IMG/VR virus record: IMGVR_UViG_3300047289_000053
Location: 4,084 to 68,083 of that record
Origin: a virus
DNA length: 64,000 nt
Strand: one strand, 5' to 3'
The position numbers and the translations under genes are program-made. Below, piece by piece: positions 38,897 through 48,874 of this stretch. Position 1 is the first letter of the stretch. Each line of letters begins with the position of its first letter. The notes under the pieces were generated by a model, which worked only from the letters and a program-made list of their open reading frames with translations, had not been told where the DNA came from and made no database searches.

Positions 38897-39113
38897 TTGC
38901 GTATGTTTCGTTGTAATATTGTTCAAAATCTTCCCCGCTTCCATGTTCTAGTAATGAATAGCTGCCACGTTTCCAAGTTTCACTATGCTGCTCTTTTTCC
39001 ATTTGTTTGGCTTGTTCAAATAATTCAAGATATCTTGTTCCCCTCCATCTAATTTCTTGATTCTGTGTTATCTTTTCAAATAACCAATCAACTGCTGTTT
39101 GTTTATTTTCCAT
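38838..39113 (-). CDS. Hypothetical phage protein
   Basis: KQTAVDWL..FEQAKQMEKEQ..EQYYNET pattern. Confidence 0.6.
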   Translation of the reverse strand: MENKQTAVDWLFEKITQNQEIRWRGTRYLELFEQAKQMEKEQHSETWKRGSYSLLEHGSGEDFEQYYNETYANDTTKGLPEEDSKRRAWHY

Positions 39114-39306
39114 TGTCTTCTAGTTTATTATGGAATGCTCCTTCTGCTGGATATTCTTCGTTGTCCCAATAGTACTCACATGTACCATCTTCTTTATTTG
39201 GTGGAGTCATAAAGTATGACTGGTAATCACTCGCTTTTGCTGTGTGCCTATAGCACATCTGCTTCTTTTGGCACCCATCTCCTGGGCACATTGCTATATC
39301 TGGCAT
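39103..39306 (-). CDS. Small Cys-rich protein
   Basis: MPDIAMC.G.GC.KK..CYR..QSYF..CEYYW. Confidence 0.65.
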   Translation of the reverse strand: MPDIAMCPGDGCQKKQMCYRHTAKASDYQSYFMTPPNKEDGTCEYYWDNEEYPAEGAFHNKLEDNGK

Positions 39307-39308
39307 AG

Positions 39309-40163
39309 TTATAGTCCGCAGAAACCTGAGTCGCATTCGTTAAAGTCTGACTCAAATAACTCCACTTGTTTAAATGATTCTTTAATTTTATTATAAGATG
39401 TACCCTTGATAAATCTAGCCGAGTCAGTCTCCTGATTAGCAAACCAATCAAACTTATTTGGTTGCATCTCAGACATCAATTTAAGTAGTGCAGGATTACG
39501 ATGGAAACATCCAACACAGTTGTTCATATAAGCGAACCTAACTGGTTTATCTTTCCAATACTCGTGCACCTGCTCTCGTAAGATATTCTGCTCGATCAAG
39601 GGAAATCTTGGTGTGCGGTATGGGATAGAGTGCCACTTGTGTCTTCCACGCTCGTTAGTTGACTTGATAACTCTAAAGTTCTCAATGCCATCTACGCAAC
39701 GCTTCAACATATTGTTGGCACGTCTAGTCTCATTAGCCCTAAACCCAATTCTCATTTCAACAGGTAGATCCGTGTTGGCTCTACACCATTCAAAGATTGG
39801 GTTAACTTTCATATGAACCGTGCAGAATCTTTGCATCACATTAGGTAAGTATTTATAATACTCCCCATTGTCTTTGCGATTCTTGTTAACGATTGAGTCA
39901 AAAGTTGGGCCGGTTATCCAAGTAATCTTTCTACCTAAATACTGCTCTAAATCTAGCATCGTGTAGATAATTGCATCCTCTTCTAGCGTACCAATAAAAT
40001 CAGTCTGAAGTCTGTCCTCTACAATCTTTCTGATTGCATCATCCTTAAACTTACACGACTCATCTGTGGTTCTAACCAAAGAGAACAAATCTACGTCAGC
40101 TGGGAAATGAGCCGCCATATACGATGATGTTTTGCCTCCACTTAAAGAGTTGACTGTTGTCAT
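39309..40163 (-). CDS. PAPS-reductase/PP-loop family protein with Cys clusters
   Basis: SLSGGKTS PP-loop, RFCT..MK, IGFRA.E..R, FPL, NCVGCF and C-terminal C.SGFCG. Confidence 0.8.
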   Translation of the reverse strand: MTTVNSLSGGKTSSYMAAHFPADVDLFSLVRTTDESCKFKDDAIRKIVEDRLQTDFIGTLEEDAIIYTMLDLEQYLGRKITWITGPTFDSIVNKNRKDNGEYYKYLPNVMQRFCTVHMKVNPIFEWCRANTDLPVEMRIGFRANETRRANNMLKRCVDGIENFRVIKSTNERGRHKWHSIPYRTPRFPLIEQNILREQVHEYWKDKPVRFAYMNNCVGCFHRNPALLKLMSEMQPNKFDWFANQETDSARFIKGTSYNKIKESFKQVELFESDFNECDSGFCGL

Positions 40164-42538
40164 AATAATTCTAATTGTTTATCTTCTTTTAATGGGAACA
40201 CCATCCACTTACCTGCACCATCACGACCCTCTACAGGGTTGCTACCAGTTAAATGCAAGCAGTAGGTACGTAGCCACGAATTGAATCGTTGCTTAGATAG
40301 CATACGGAACATGCCGTTGTTATCCGCTATAAACTTATCGAACACATCATCAGGTCTGAATCGCTGATTCATCGGTATGAATGATGGCCCAAACTCATGA
40401 GCCCACTCAGCAAACTCAGCGTTAGTCTCTGCTCTGAACTTACGTTCTTTAAGGTTCACAAAGTTACACTTGACAAGCCCGGTATTGAGGTACCCCTGCA
40501 ACACTTTGATCATATAGTTATCGAATGCACACCAATCATCTTGGCTCCAATCGTTGAACAATAACCGACCAAACTCATCCTGAGGTGTGAAGTCTTTGGA
40601 ATAGAATTGCTTGAACTCCATCTCCCACTTACGTCTCTCAAATGAATTACCCTTACCTTGGATAGCATAGTTAGTCGTGATGACCACCTTGGGTGACTTA
40701 TGGAATGGAATCTTTATCGCATCTTTGTTCTTACGCTCAACCGTTATACCCTCAGTAACTACCGAGAATAATCGCTCAAAGTCAAAGTTCTTCTTGACAT
40801 CATCGAACACCAACACCTGCGTGTCTGTACTCACTAACTGATAAGCAAAAGACTTATCAAACGAGAATGACTTACCATCAATAGTGACTGCCTTCTTCAT
40901 GCGACTAATGCCGTTCATGAACAGACCTTTACCAGTACCACCCTCAGGGTTCTCTGATATCACCTCATCATTAATGATTACCGCAGGGCAGTAGCCACCA
41001 TTCTTAAATGCGTGAAGGATGAAGCCTATGGTCGACTCGATGGATGCCACACGTTGGTCATCATTGCCACCGATATTGCGAATGAATGTTTTGTAGTCAC
41101 ACTCATCTGCAGGACAAAAGATGAAGTCACGTTGGATGACTTGGTCTGACCACACGTAACCGCCTAAGTCCTCATAGTTTAATAGGACAGTTTGATTCTT
41201 AGTCACCTTGACCACACCATTCTTGAAGTATAGGTACGCCTCATCCTTTGTGTCCTCCACGAAATAGATGTTGACCGAGTCAAGCATAGACAAGAAGTCC
41301 TCTCTAAAGAATCGGGTCTTATCAGCAAAGTAATTGTACACGCTTAGATCCTGAAAGTTATCAAGGATGTGGTTTAACACGAAGTCCTTGATGTCATCCT
41401 CCGTACACATCTCAATTAGATTCTGATTGATACGTACAAAGATGAAGCCCTTGTTACCCTCAGGCACATACTTGCGATACCCATTGTTTTCTAAGAATGT
41501 CTTGAGCTCGTAGTGAATTAATGTCACCACACCCTTGTCACTCTTAGTCCAGAATGTATTCTTGCTTTGCTCCTCCTCGATTCTAGTTAGTACTGAATCA
41601 ATCGTTCCGTCCTCTACACCGGAGGCTTTAAGTTGAGAACGGATGTCCTTTTTTGGCACGCCACGGCTAAGTTGATTCTTTGCAAAGTCAACACGTGAGG
41701 TGTCCTCAAAATACTTGGTGGCATACTTGTCAGTATGGCGATAGGCTGAGTCAATGATGGATTGAATCTCCTTAGTTGTAAAGTCCTCAGATGCAAATGC
41801 CATCATGCGATACATCGCCTCAGACTTAGACACACCATACTCGTTGAACGCCATGGCAAGCACGAACAAGTTATTGTTACGTGCACCTGACACGAAGCCA
41901 AACTTATTGTCCCACCACTTAGCTAGTCTATTAATGATTTCGTTCTCATCATCGATAGGAATGGTTGGTCTCATGTCCTTGGTCACATGCTCAATCTCCG
42001 CATCATCCACCTTGTTCCACTCGATAGAGTTTACATTAACAAAGATGGTCGGATCGTAAGACTCGTAGCACACACGTGACACATTCTTGGATGTCTTATC
42101 AAACTGCTCGCAGTTATAGTAAGCCTCCAGTGCATTGAAGAATGACTTGTGCTTGCTTGCATCCTTTGGTATCTTAACCAATACCTTTAGGCCATTACCT
42201 GATGGGGATATAAAAACTGAAAACGTATAAGGGTCATTAGCCAATTCATCTTTCTTGGCTAGTATCTCATCATTGGATGGGAAGTTGTCAAAGTCTAAAC
42301 ATATCAGACCACTATGCTCCATAAGAGCCGAGTCCTCACGCTTAGAGAACGTACCTGAGAAACATATCGCAGGCAACTCTTGCTTGAACTTATTTCTAAG
42401 TTCCTTATCTTTCTCCAATCTAATCTTACGTACAATGTCTTTAGACTTACCCTCCTTGACTCTCGAGAGTATAGCCAAGACATCCCGATAGAATGGGACA
42501 GATGTCTCTTTTATGTTAGAAAAAATAGTTACTTGCAT
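40160..42538 (-). CDS. Primase-helicase (BT4734/VirE-N-like, PriCT, SF3-like ATPase)
   Basis: K..LPAICFSG.F..R, SGLICLDFD, FISPSGNGLK, G.RNN.LF, GGTGKG, VFDDV and ITTN. Confidence 0.88.
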   Translation of the reverse strand: MQVTIFSNIKETSVPFYRDVLAILSRVKEGKSKDIVRKIRLEKDKELRNKFKQELPAICFSGTFSKREDSALMEHSGLICLDFDNFPSNDEILAKKDELANDPYTFSVFISPSGNGLKVLVKIPKDASKHKSFFNALEAYYNCEQFDKTSKNVSRVCYESYDPTIFVNVNSIEWNKVDDAEIEHVTKDMRPTIPIDDENEIINRLAKWWDNKFGFVSGARNNNLFVLAMAFNEYGVSKSEAMYRMMAFASEDFTTKEIQSIIDSAYRHTDKYATKYFEDTSRVDFAKNQLSRGVPKKDIRSQLKASGVEDGTIDSVLTRIEEEQSKNTFWTKSDKGVVTLIHYELKTFLENNGYRKYVPEGNKGFIFVRINQNLIEMCTEDDIKDFVLNHILDNFQDLSVYNYFADKTRFFREDFLSMLDSVNIYFVEDTKDEAYLYFKNGVVKVTKNQTVLLNYEDLGGYVWSDQVIQRDFIFCPADECDYKTFIRNIGGNDDQRVASIESTIGFILHAFKNGGYCPAVIINDEVISENPEGGTGKGLFMNGISRMKKAVTIDGKSFSFDKSFAYQLVSTDTQVLVFDDVKKNFDFERLFSVVTEGITVERKNKDAIKIPFHKSPKVVITTNYAIQGKGNSFERRKWEMEFKQFYSKDFTPQDEFGRLLFNDWSQDDWCAFDNYMIKVLQGYLNTGLVKCNFVNLKERKFRAETNAEFAEWAHEFGPSFIPMNQRFRPDDVFDKFIADNNGMFRMLSKQRFNSWLRTYCLHLTGSNPVEGRDGAGKWMVFPLKEDKQLELL

Positions 42539-42825
42539 TTGCGTACTGGTGGTTCGAAGTTTTGTTCTAAAAATTCTCTGTATTTTAAGTCGCTATCATC
42601 GTAAGACCATTCACTATAAATTGATTTCCAAGTAGGTTTAGTTTTTTCTAATGTAAATCCATCTAGTGTATACTCAGTATAGGAAACCAAAGATTGTAAA
42701 GCAGTACCAAATCCGGCTGAATTACCATGATCAAACTTAACATAGAAAGCACCCGATGGTCTTGTATCATATACTGTACCCCATCCATATTGGATGTGAA
42801 ATACTCTATCATCTATTTCAAACAT
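42529..42825 (-). CDS. Hypothetical protein, paralog of 44337-44759
   Basis: F...DRVF..YGWG.V and SYTEYTLDGF are shared with 44337-44759. Confidence 0.65.
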   Translation of the reverse strand: MFEIDDRVFHIQYGWGTVYDTRPSGAFYVKFDHGNSAGFGTALQSLVSYTEYTLDGFTLEKTKPTWKSIYSEWSYDDSDLKYREFLEQNFEPPVRKCK

Positions 42826-42839
42826 ATCGTTTTAAGTTA

Positions 42840-43035
42840 AAGTTGTACACTTTTTAGTTTTTTTATGTACAAAATTTTTAATTTGTACACTAGTTAACTA
42901 ATTGATTATTAGTATATTATATTCTTTTATGTACAAAGTGAACAAAATATATAAGAAAAAGAGAAAAAATAATTTACCTGTAAAATAAAAAATATATTTC
43001 ATCTAAGTCAGACATATTTTGTTCATTCGTACACA
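42840..43035. promoter_or_regulatory. Origin-like element 1 (TGTACA iterons plus IHF consensus)
   Basis: TGTACA at 42844, 42866, 42884 and 42930; the reverse complement of 42895-42907 is AATCAATTAGTTA (WATCAAN4TTR); AT-rich; upstream of the primase-helicase. Confidence 0.6.
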
Positions 43036-43038
43036 AGA

Positions 43039-43347
43039 TTAGAATGGAAGGTCTTGGCTATCTTCCACTACAGTTGGTGCAGGAGCCGGAGCAGGTGCAC
43101 TTTGCTTGGCCGTAGAGCCACCATCAGATGACCAAGCAATCTTGCCATTACCTAGGTAGTTCTTCTTCTCCTTAGCCTCACGCTCTTCCTTAGATTGTGA
43201 CTCATAGATACCTGCTTGGTTTCCGTACTGGTCTACCTCATCATTAATAGAGATAGTAATGTTAAGGTACGTGCCCTTGTCTCCTTTGATTAATTTATCC
43301 TTAGAGATTTTTGATACATCAATAGATGCTGAAATTAATTGTGCCAT
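43039..43347 (-). CDS. Putative single-stranded DNA-binding protein
   Basis: KGTYLNITI..DQYGN..YLGNGK; Pro/Ala linker and acidic DLPF tail. Confidence 0.7.
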   Translation of the reverse strand: MAQLISASIDVSKISKDKLIKGDKGTYLNITISINDEVDQYGNQAGIYESQSKEEREAKEKKNYLGNGKIAWSSDGGSTAKQSAPAPAPAPTVVEDSQDLPF

Positions 43348-43361
43348 AATTTATTGTTTGT

Positions 43362-43610
43362 TTAATTGTTTACTGATTCGTAAGTCATTTCAAAAATGTC
43401 GGGCTTGCAAGGGTAGAACTCTCCCTTTACTCCCTTGATGATATAATCACCTTTACTTGCTAACATATCGCCTTCAAGTGTTTCAATAACAACACCCGTA
43501 AGTGGATGAGATTTTATTTTATCACCGCAGAATCCCAACAAAAGGTCTACGTTCTCGTCTACCAATTGAATCGCTTCAATAACTACTGGTTTCTTTCTGT
43601 ATTGTGCCAT
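43362..43610 (-). CDS. Conserved phage protein (PGDYG-like)
   Basis: YRKKPVVIEA..TLEG.M.AS.GDYIIKGV.GEFYPCKPDIF..TY. Confidence 0.8.
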   Translation of the reverse strand: MAQYRKKPVVIEAIQLVDENVDLLLGFCGDKIKSHPLTGVVIETLEGDMLASKGDYIIKGVKGEFYPCKPDIFEMTYESVNN

Positions 43611-43612
43611 AA

Positions 43613-44347
43613 TTACAATGTTTCTAATTTAAAATACTGAGTAATGTCATCGGTTGCATTGGGCCCGAAGAACTTTTGGTAGACTTCAATAGCCTTGTAG
43701 ACCTTCTCTCTGCCACGATCCAAGAACTCATCTGAGCACTCAAACAAGCCCGTACGACAACTATCTTTCTCTACTGCGATAAATACCATAGGCTTACCAA
43801 ATAACTGGTTGTAGATGTAAGCCTGAGAGTCGTAGTTGTACTTGCGTGCCGAGAACTTGAAGTCATCAAGGTTAGCCGTTGTCTTGAGGTCGATAAGAAT
43901 CTCATCACCCACAATGTCCGACTTGCCTTTCCATTGGATGCCACCAATCTCACCGATGGCTGGAACTTCATAAGAGTTTGATGAGTCACGAATCATATCG
44001 TAAAACGTGAGGTTACCCATCAACGCCTTAGCCATGCGTTCACAATCATCAACTTCTTTCTGAAGCAATAACATGTCAGCACCTGATGAGGCCAACGCAT
44101 CTTTGTACAAGTTAGTCGTACGTGTGGATGCCTCCACTGCCATGAAGTTCTTTAACTTCTCAGGCTCAAGAATGAACGTATGAAAGTAAGATCCTGCAAG
44201 CATAGCAGGAGTCTTTTCTTTTGGTACACCATACTGCGTAGGGTTATACAATAATGCACCGATATCTGAGTTAGATAGGTACTGTTTACCAATTCCAGAA
44301 TAGTATTCTGAATCGTTTTTCAATGTTTCTAAAATGTTATTGCTCAT
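43613..44347 (-). CDS. PD-(D/E)XK exonuclease, RecE/exonuclease VIII-like
   Basis: LSNS, G...H..ILEP, KGK.D, IDLKTT and Y.YD.QA.IY. Confidence 0.85.
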   Translation of the reverse strand: MSNNILETLKNDSEYYSGIGKQYLSNSDIGALLYNPTQYGVPKEKTPAMLAGSYFHTFILEPEKLKNFMAVEASTRTTNLYKDALASSGADMLLLQKEVDDCERMAKALMGNLTFYDMIRDSSNSYEVPAIGEIGGIQWKGKSDIVGDEILIDLKTTANLDDFKFSARKYNYDSQAYIYNQLFGKPMVFIAVEKDSCRTGLFECSDEFLDRGREKVYKAIEVYQKFFGPNATDDITQYFKLETL

Positions 44348-44759
44348 TTGCGTATGGGTTTTTGGTTGTTAAGTATTTATAATAATAGATTTGTTCTATA
44401 TCATCTGAGTTTCTCGCATTTGTTCCATATTTTAATGGGCCATAAGAAGAAAATCTTCTAAAATAAGTAATCATCCAATTGTCGTATTGTTTGTCCCTAA
44501 CCCAAACCACGTCGCCTGGCTTAGGTATTTCATTTGGTCGCTCTTGGCTAAATCCATCAAGCGTGTATTCAGTGAAAGATAAAGTAGATGGAGCTTCTTC
44601 ATAAAATCTACCATCCCAAGTAAATGAGGCTTTACCTATTGGGAAAGAACACCTAATTGTAAATGGAGTAAGTTCAGGATTCTCTTCTTTAATTACTTCG
44701 CCCCATCCTCCTAATTGTAAGCAAAATACTTTGTCTCCTTTTTTAAATATAGTCTCCAT
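44337..44759 (-). CDS. Hypothetical protein, paralog of 42529-42825
   Basis: FKKGDKVF..GWG.V..LSFTEYTLDGFSQERP. Confidence 0.65.
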   Translation of the reverse strand: METIFKKGDKVFCLQLGGWGEVIKEENPELTPFTIRCSFPIGKASFTWDGRFYEEAPSTLSFTEYTLDGFSQERPNEIPKPGDVVWVRDKQYDNWMITYFRRFSSYGPLKYGTNARNSDDIEQIYYYKYLTTKNPYANEQ

Positions 44760-45352
44760 TACTTCTTAAGTTTATTGATTGCTGACTTGACATCATCTGA
44801 TAACTCATACTTCTTGGATAAGTTTTTGAATACATCCTCAGACTTTAACCCTATGTTATCGACAACATAGTTGACTACTTTCTCCCAGTTCGCATCACCT
44901 ACTGCCAATGCTATCTTGCCCGCAGGTTTAGCCACCACCTTAGCAGGTGTGCCATCAGTTGCCTCAGGGAAATCTTCTTTGGCATAGATGTTAAGAGCCA
45001 ATCCATGTAATGCCAATGCCTTCACCGTTGAACGCTGAATAGTTTTGTTCACATCGAACGATGTAAGACTTGCTAATGGAATTGACTTGTTCATGTGGTT
45101 CATCACTGGTAAGTAGTCAATGTACTCCAAGCCATTGATAGTTACACCCACCTTGACCCAAGCCGTAGCCCCATCTGAAAAGTAGTTCATCCCAGTCTCT
45201 GACTCGTACACAGTACGTGTCATGTCAGGGAATAATTTCTTGCATTCTGCCCAAGCAGTAGCCCATGATAGGTAAGATAATTGACCTCTCTTTTCTACTT
45301 TAGATGAGAGGTTGAGAGCAGATAACTGCTCGAACACTGATTTGTTAGACAT
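44759..45352 (-). CDS. Sak-like single-strand annealing protein (DUF1071-like)
   Basis: LSYLSWA.AW, LPVM...NK and IQR..VKALALHGL.L.IY..ED; lies near the exonuclease. Confidence 0.8.
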   Translation of the reverse strand: MSNKSVFEQLSALNLSSKVEKRGQLSYLSWATAWAECKKLFPDMTRTVYESETGMNYFSDGATAWVKVGVTINGLEYIDYLPVMNHMNKSIPLASLTSFDVNKTIQRSTVKALALHGLALNIYAKEDFPEATDGTPAKVVAKPAGKIALAVGDANWEKVVNYVVDNIGLKSEDVFKNLSKKYELSDDVKSAINKLKK

Positions 45353-45381
45353 AATAAATTAGATTAAAGTGAACGACAAAT

Positions 45382-45690
45382 TTAATTTTTTTCTTGGAAT
45401 AAACAATAGCCAAGCAATAAATAGTTATACAAATCTGCAAATCTTGATGACAAAGGTTCAGCAGGTTTTAGATCAGGATTCTTGATGTGTGCCTGAATAG
45501 AGCTCAGTTGCTTATCAAAAAAGATTGACCACACTTGTAATGGAGTGACACCAGCTCGCTTGGCTGACTCCTTAAAATTGTTGAGAATATCTACATTCTC
45601 TAACGTGTACTCAGGTTGCTTTGCCTCTCTGATGGACATCGCATGGTTGTATAGCGTATCGTACGCCTCGTTGAATTGTTCTTGTGTCAT
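45382..45690 (-). CDS. Nucleotide-modification-associated (DUF1599/Nmad1-like) helical protein
   Basis: K..EY...D.L.NF..G.T..W.....K..DL.NY pattern. Confidence 0.6.
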   Translation of the reverse strand: MTQEQFNEAYDTLYNHAMSIREAKQPEYTLENVDILNNFKESAKRAGVTPLQVWSIFFDKQLSSIQAHIKNPDLKPAEPLSSRFADLYNYLLLGYCLFQEKN

Positions 45691-45694
45691 TTTA

Positions 45695-45928
45695 TTAAAA
45701 GTTTTCGTTAAACCTATCTACTCTTGCTTCTAATTCCCCAGTACCTATCTTAGCTAAAAAGAATCTTACTTCTTGCTGATAAGCTGAGTCTAATTCTTTC
45801 TCTATTAGTACATCTATGATTTCATATACTGCCAATGATGCACAGCGTTTGGCCATATCAAAATCTAATCCTAGCCCCTTGTATCTATCAATCATTTGTA
45901 GAGCTTTATCTTCTGGTGTCTGTATCAT
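45695..45928 (-). CDS. Hypothetical protein
   Basis: TP.DKA..AK.CA..AV.EII pattern; coupled to neighbours. Confidence 0.55.
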   Translation of the reverse strand: MIQTPEDKALQMIDRYKGLGLDFDMAKRCASLAVYEIIDVLIEKELDSAYQQEVRFFLAKIGTGELEARVDRFNENF

Positions 45929-46203
45929 ACTAAATATCTGTCTATTGCGTTAGTTAATTGTTCGTAATTTAAAGCACTCGCTATCTTAATATTAAAGTAG
46001 CGTTGTTGCTCCAACCAGTGCTCAGGTAGAGCATCGAATTGGATGAGTAGGTAGTGGTAATCGCCTGATGCTTTAAGCACCAATAGATTCTTACCGCCTA
46101 CCACACTTGCGTACCGCAACCCTCTCTCCCGAAGGTATCTGCGTGTTCTAGCCATCAGGCTATTAAGCGTAATCTTGCGTCCCATTGCGTAGTACTGGCA
46201 CAT
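45925..46203 (-). CDS. Hypothetical protein
   Basis: ORF in a tightly packed minus-strand operon. Confidence 0.45.
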   Translation of the reverse strand: MCQYYAMGRKITLNSLMARTRRYLRERGLRYASVVGGKNLLVLKASGDYHYLLIQFDALPEHWLEQQRYFNIKIASALNYEQLTNAIDRYLV

Positions 46204-46447
46204 GACCAGATTTAATTAAACGTCTTTTTTTGTAGTCAATGTATTTGTAAAAAGTAAAATGACCTAGCTTGTGGCGTTGCAACCGCACACGCTTATCACA
46301 CTCATCGCAGGTAATGTGCATCGTGCACACATTGTTTGAGCGTTCAAATATCTTACGCAAGACATTCACATCATGCTCGTGCCCACACCATGGGCATGCC
46401 GTGTTGGATTCCTCGAATCCTTGTCGGGATCTAGCTACCCTTTGCAT
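46163..46447 (-). CDS. Zinc-ribbon protein
   Basis: CPWCG and CDEC pairs. Confidence 0.6.
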   Translation of the reverse strand: MQRVARSRQGFEESNTACPWCGHEHDVNVLRKIFERSNNVCTMHITCDECDKRVRLQRHKLGHFTFYKYIDYKKRRLIKSGHVPVLRNGTQDYA

Positions 46448-46707
46448 TATTCTTCAAAGTATTTAATTTGATTATAGTTTGTATCCATCAAGCCTCTTGA
46501 TATTAAGTATTCCGTAGCATCTTCTAAGACAACTCTACCATATTGATTAATACCTCGTTTTGTTGCGGGGTCAAAAAAGACATACCAATAACGACTTGTG
46601 TTATATAGTACCATGGTGTCTCTATTAATTTCAACTTCTTCTAAATCCCAGCGTGGATTCATAAATCCTAAATCGCCTGAATAATTTAATTCTTTATTTT
46701 CCATCAC
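46447..46707 (-). CDS. Hypothetical protein
   Basis: ORF coupled to the downstream gene. Confidence 0.5.
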   Translation of the reverse strand: MMENKELNYSGDLGFMNPRWDLEEVEINRDTMVLYNTSRYWYVFFDPATKRGINQYGRVVLEDATEYLISRGLMDTNYNQIKYFEE

Positions 46708-46818
46708 GATAGTCTAATTAAAATGTAAGCACATAGTATTGCACTTAGTGTACCAGTTACACCAATGATAGCACCAATAACAAATTGTCTAAAGGCAATC
46801 TCTGAGACTTCCTTGCAG

Positions 46819-47154
46819 TTATATTTTTCTTCCATCTCTTTCACGAGCTAGTTCTTGTTTAGATAATGCCGTTACTAAGTTCTTAGTACCAGTTTGATTT
46901 TCTTCAAATTCCTTCATCTTGTTAATGCCATACAAAACAGATGCATGATCAATAGGGTAGCCGTACCGCTCGCAGTACCTCTGTATCTCCCATATCTTTA
47001 CATCCTCCTTGTCACATAGTGCATAGAAATGATGGCGAGCTGATACAATGGGGAATGCCTTCGTGTTAAGAAACATATCCCTCTTTCTGATTCGGTGTCG
47101 ATAACAAATTCGCCTAGCGATTCTGTCTATCTTGTCAATGTCTGATATAATCAT
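46819..47154 (-). CDS. DnaA C-terminal-domain-like HTH protein
   Basis: IVSARH..Y..I....DHASVLYGI.K matches the DnaA domain IV signature DHTTV.H. Confidence 0.65.
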   Translation of the reverse strand: MIISDIDKIDRIARRICYRHRIRKRDMFLNTKAFPIVSARHHFYALCDKEDVKIWEIQRYCERYGYPIDHASVLYGINKMKEFEENQTGTKNLVTALSKQELARERDGRKI

Positions 47155-47369
47155 ATAATAGATATTAAAAAGTAAATAATGTAAGCCCAAAACAACCCGA
47201 GTAGGACTAAAAATAATCTAGCGTTCTTCATTTGTGTCATCTATTGCAACCGCCATAGCTAAAACTAGGACGGCAACTGTGAAGAATAAGAATGTAGCAA
47301 CTAGATATGTTAACAAACCCGACACCAGTGCAAGGGCAAATAGCCCATAAGAAATTTTATATAATGAAT

Positions 47370-47612
47370 TCATAGTTCTGTATATTGTGAGATTATCTCA
47401 TCGAAATCTCTGATTAAATTTTTACTTACATTATCGTAGCTAGTCCATAGCCAATCGCTACCATCGTAGCACTGGAGAATATACTTCTTGGTGATTGGGT
47501 CTCGTGTAAACTTCATTTGCACCGTACGTTTGGTTGCGGTCGGTAGGTAGAATGTTCCCCCTTTCTTGCCAGAAATTATCAGTTCTCTGAACCGATCTAT
47601 TTGCTCTATCAT
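47370..47612 (-). CDS. Hypothetical protein
   Basis: ORF in the minus-strand early block. Confidence 0.5.
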   Translation of the reverse strand: MIEQIDRFRELIISGKKGGTFYLPTATKRTVQMKFTRDPITKKYILQCYDGSDWLWTSYDNVSKNLIRDFDEIISQYTEL

Positions 47613-47748
47613 TTTCTTGTTGGTCTAAAAATTGCTGATGCTTCGCATTATTGTATTGCTCCACAAATTGTAAGATTTGATTGTCGTATTCGCAAGCCTG
47701 CCCGAACTGGGCATACTCACACCATTCGTTGTATGTCATTTGCTCCAT
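47458..47748 (-). CDS. Hypothetical protein (C-terminal half overlaps the next ORF)
   Basis: MTYNEWC start overlaps the methylase stop. Confidence 0.4.
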   Translation of the reverse strand: MEQMTYNEWCEYAQFGQACEYDNQILQFVEQYNNAKHQQFLDQQENDRANRSVQRTDNFWQERGNILPTDRNQTYGANEVYTRPNHQEVYSPVLRW

Positions 47749-48410
47749 TGTTTAGCGATGGCCTTAGCCATTCCTTGAAAAGTTTTACTGCGTAATGTTC
47801 TGCGTTGCTCGGGTGTATTGGCTTCGCTCAATGCTTTATAGTACCACATAGGTTGACGTTTGATCTTACCGCTTTTACCATCAGTCCATTCAAAGAATTC
47901 ACCCTTATCAACTATCTCGGTAGGGACTAGTTTAGGTAGACCCTTCAACCAAAAGCATGTAGACTTACTTGCCTTATCCCCAAACATCCAAGGTTGCACA
48001 ATCTGATCCGGCTTTCGCCATAGACTAGAAAGCGAGCCAATTGGATTCTCGATTGCGATGCACGGAATATCAGACTCATATAATCTCTTGGCAAATGCTA
48101 CTGCATCATCTCTATCTTTAATTCGATTAGGATATCTAGGATGAGGTCTTCTCTCCTGGGTTGGCAAATGTTTATCATCTGGATGATACAACCATCCTGC
48201 ACCACTAGCAGACAAGAATGTACAAGGTGGATGAGCAATCATTACATCCCATTTTAATTTAATTGCTTCAAATACATCACATTGTAAATGCCACTCGGGA
48301 TGACCACCACTGCATGGCAATAGATCGCAACTAAATGCATCATGACCTAAGGCCCTTAATTCTTTTGTTATCGCTTGGCTTTCCTCACAAGCTACTAATA
48401 TTCGTTTCAT
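47736..48410 (-). CDS. DNA cytosine methyltransferase-like protein
   Basis: ILVACEES, SCDL, IAHPPCT, IENP, QPWMFG, K.TC.WL and RSKTF.G.A.A.A.QW. Confidence 0.82.
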   Translation of the reverse strand: MKRILVACEESQAITKELRALGHDAFSCDLLPCSGGHPEWHLQCDVFEAIKLKWDVMIAHPPCTFLSASGAGWLYHPDDKHLPTQERRPHPRYPNRIKDRDDAVAFAKRLYESDIPCIAIENPIGSLSSLWRKPDQIVQPWMFGDKASKSTCFWLKGLPKLVPTEIVDKGEFFEWTDGKSGKIKRQPMWYYKALSEANTPEQRRTLRSKTFQGMAKAIAKQWSK

Positions 48411-48413
48411 TTT

Positions 48414-48653
48414 TTAATTATTTTCAGCTACAATAATTGCCCCGTTAATATCATTAACATCGCTTTCATTAACTTCTAAGTAAGCATCCCAACCTATTAC
48501 ATGCTCTAACAATTCCGTCACGTCATCTTTGCTAGGATCAAATCCTATTAATTCCCACCTATCCTGGAAGTCTACTAAAAATCTATAGTCTTTCTTTTTG
48601 AATGATGTGATCGCATCAAAACCTAATAAAAAGTATCTCATGTTAATTTTCAT
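48414..48653 (-). CDS. Small early protein
   Basis: Packed ORF. Confidence 0.5.
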   Translation of the reverse strand: MKINMRYFLLGFDAITSFKKKDYRFLVDFQDRWELIGFDPSKDDVTELLEHVIGWDAYLEVNESDVNDINGAIIVAENN

Positions 48654-48840
48654 TTGGATTATTTAAAAACATAATTGATATCAACTCAGAATTTGTTTCT
48701 TCATCGTACAAATCCTCCTCCACATGGTGGATAATTTCTACATCTGAATCTCTGTCTTCACGATAGTAAAGACTCACACTTGATAGGTCATAGACCTTGT
48801 CTAATTCCAATAGATAACTTAAAAGTTCTTTAGCATTCAT
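48643..48840 (-). CDS. Small acidic early protein
   Basis: Packed ORF. Confidence 0.5.
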   Translation of the reverse strand: MNAKELLSYLLELDKVYDLSSVSLYYREDRDSDVEIIHHVEEDLYDEETNSELISIMFLNNPNEN

Positions 48841-48874
48841 ATTATAGTGTATTTAAAAAGTTAAAAATTGATCA

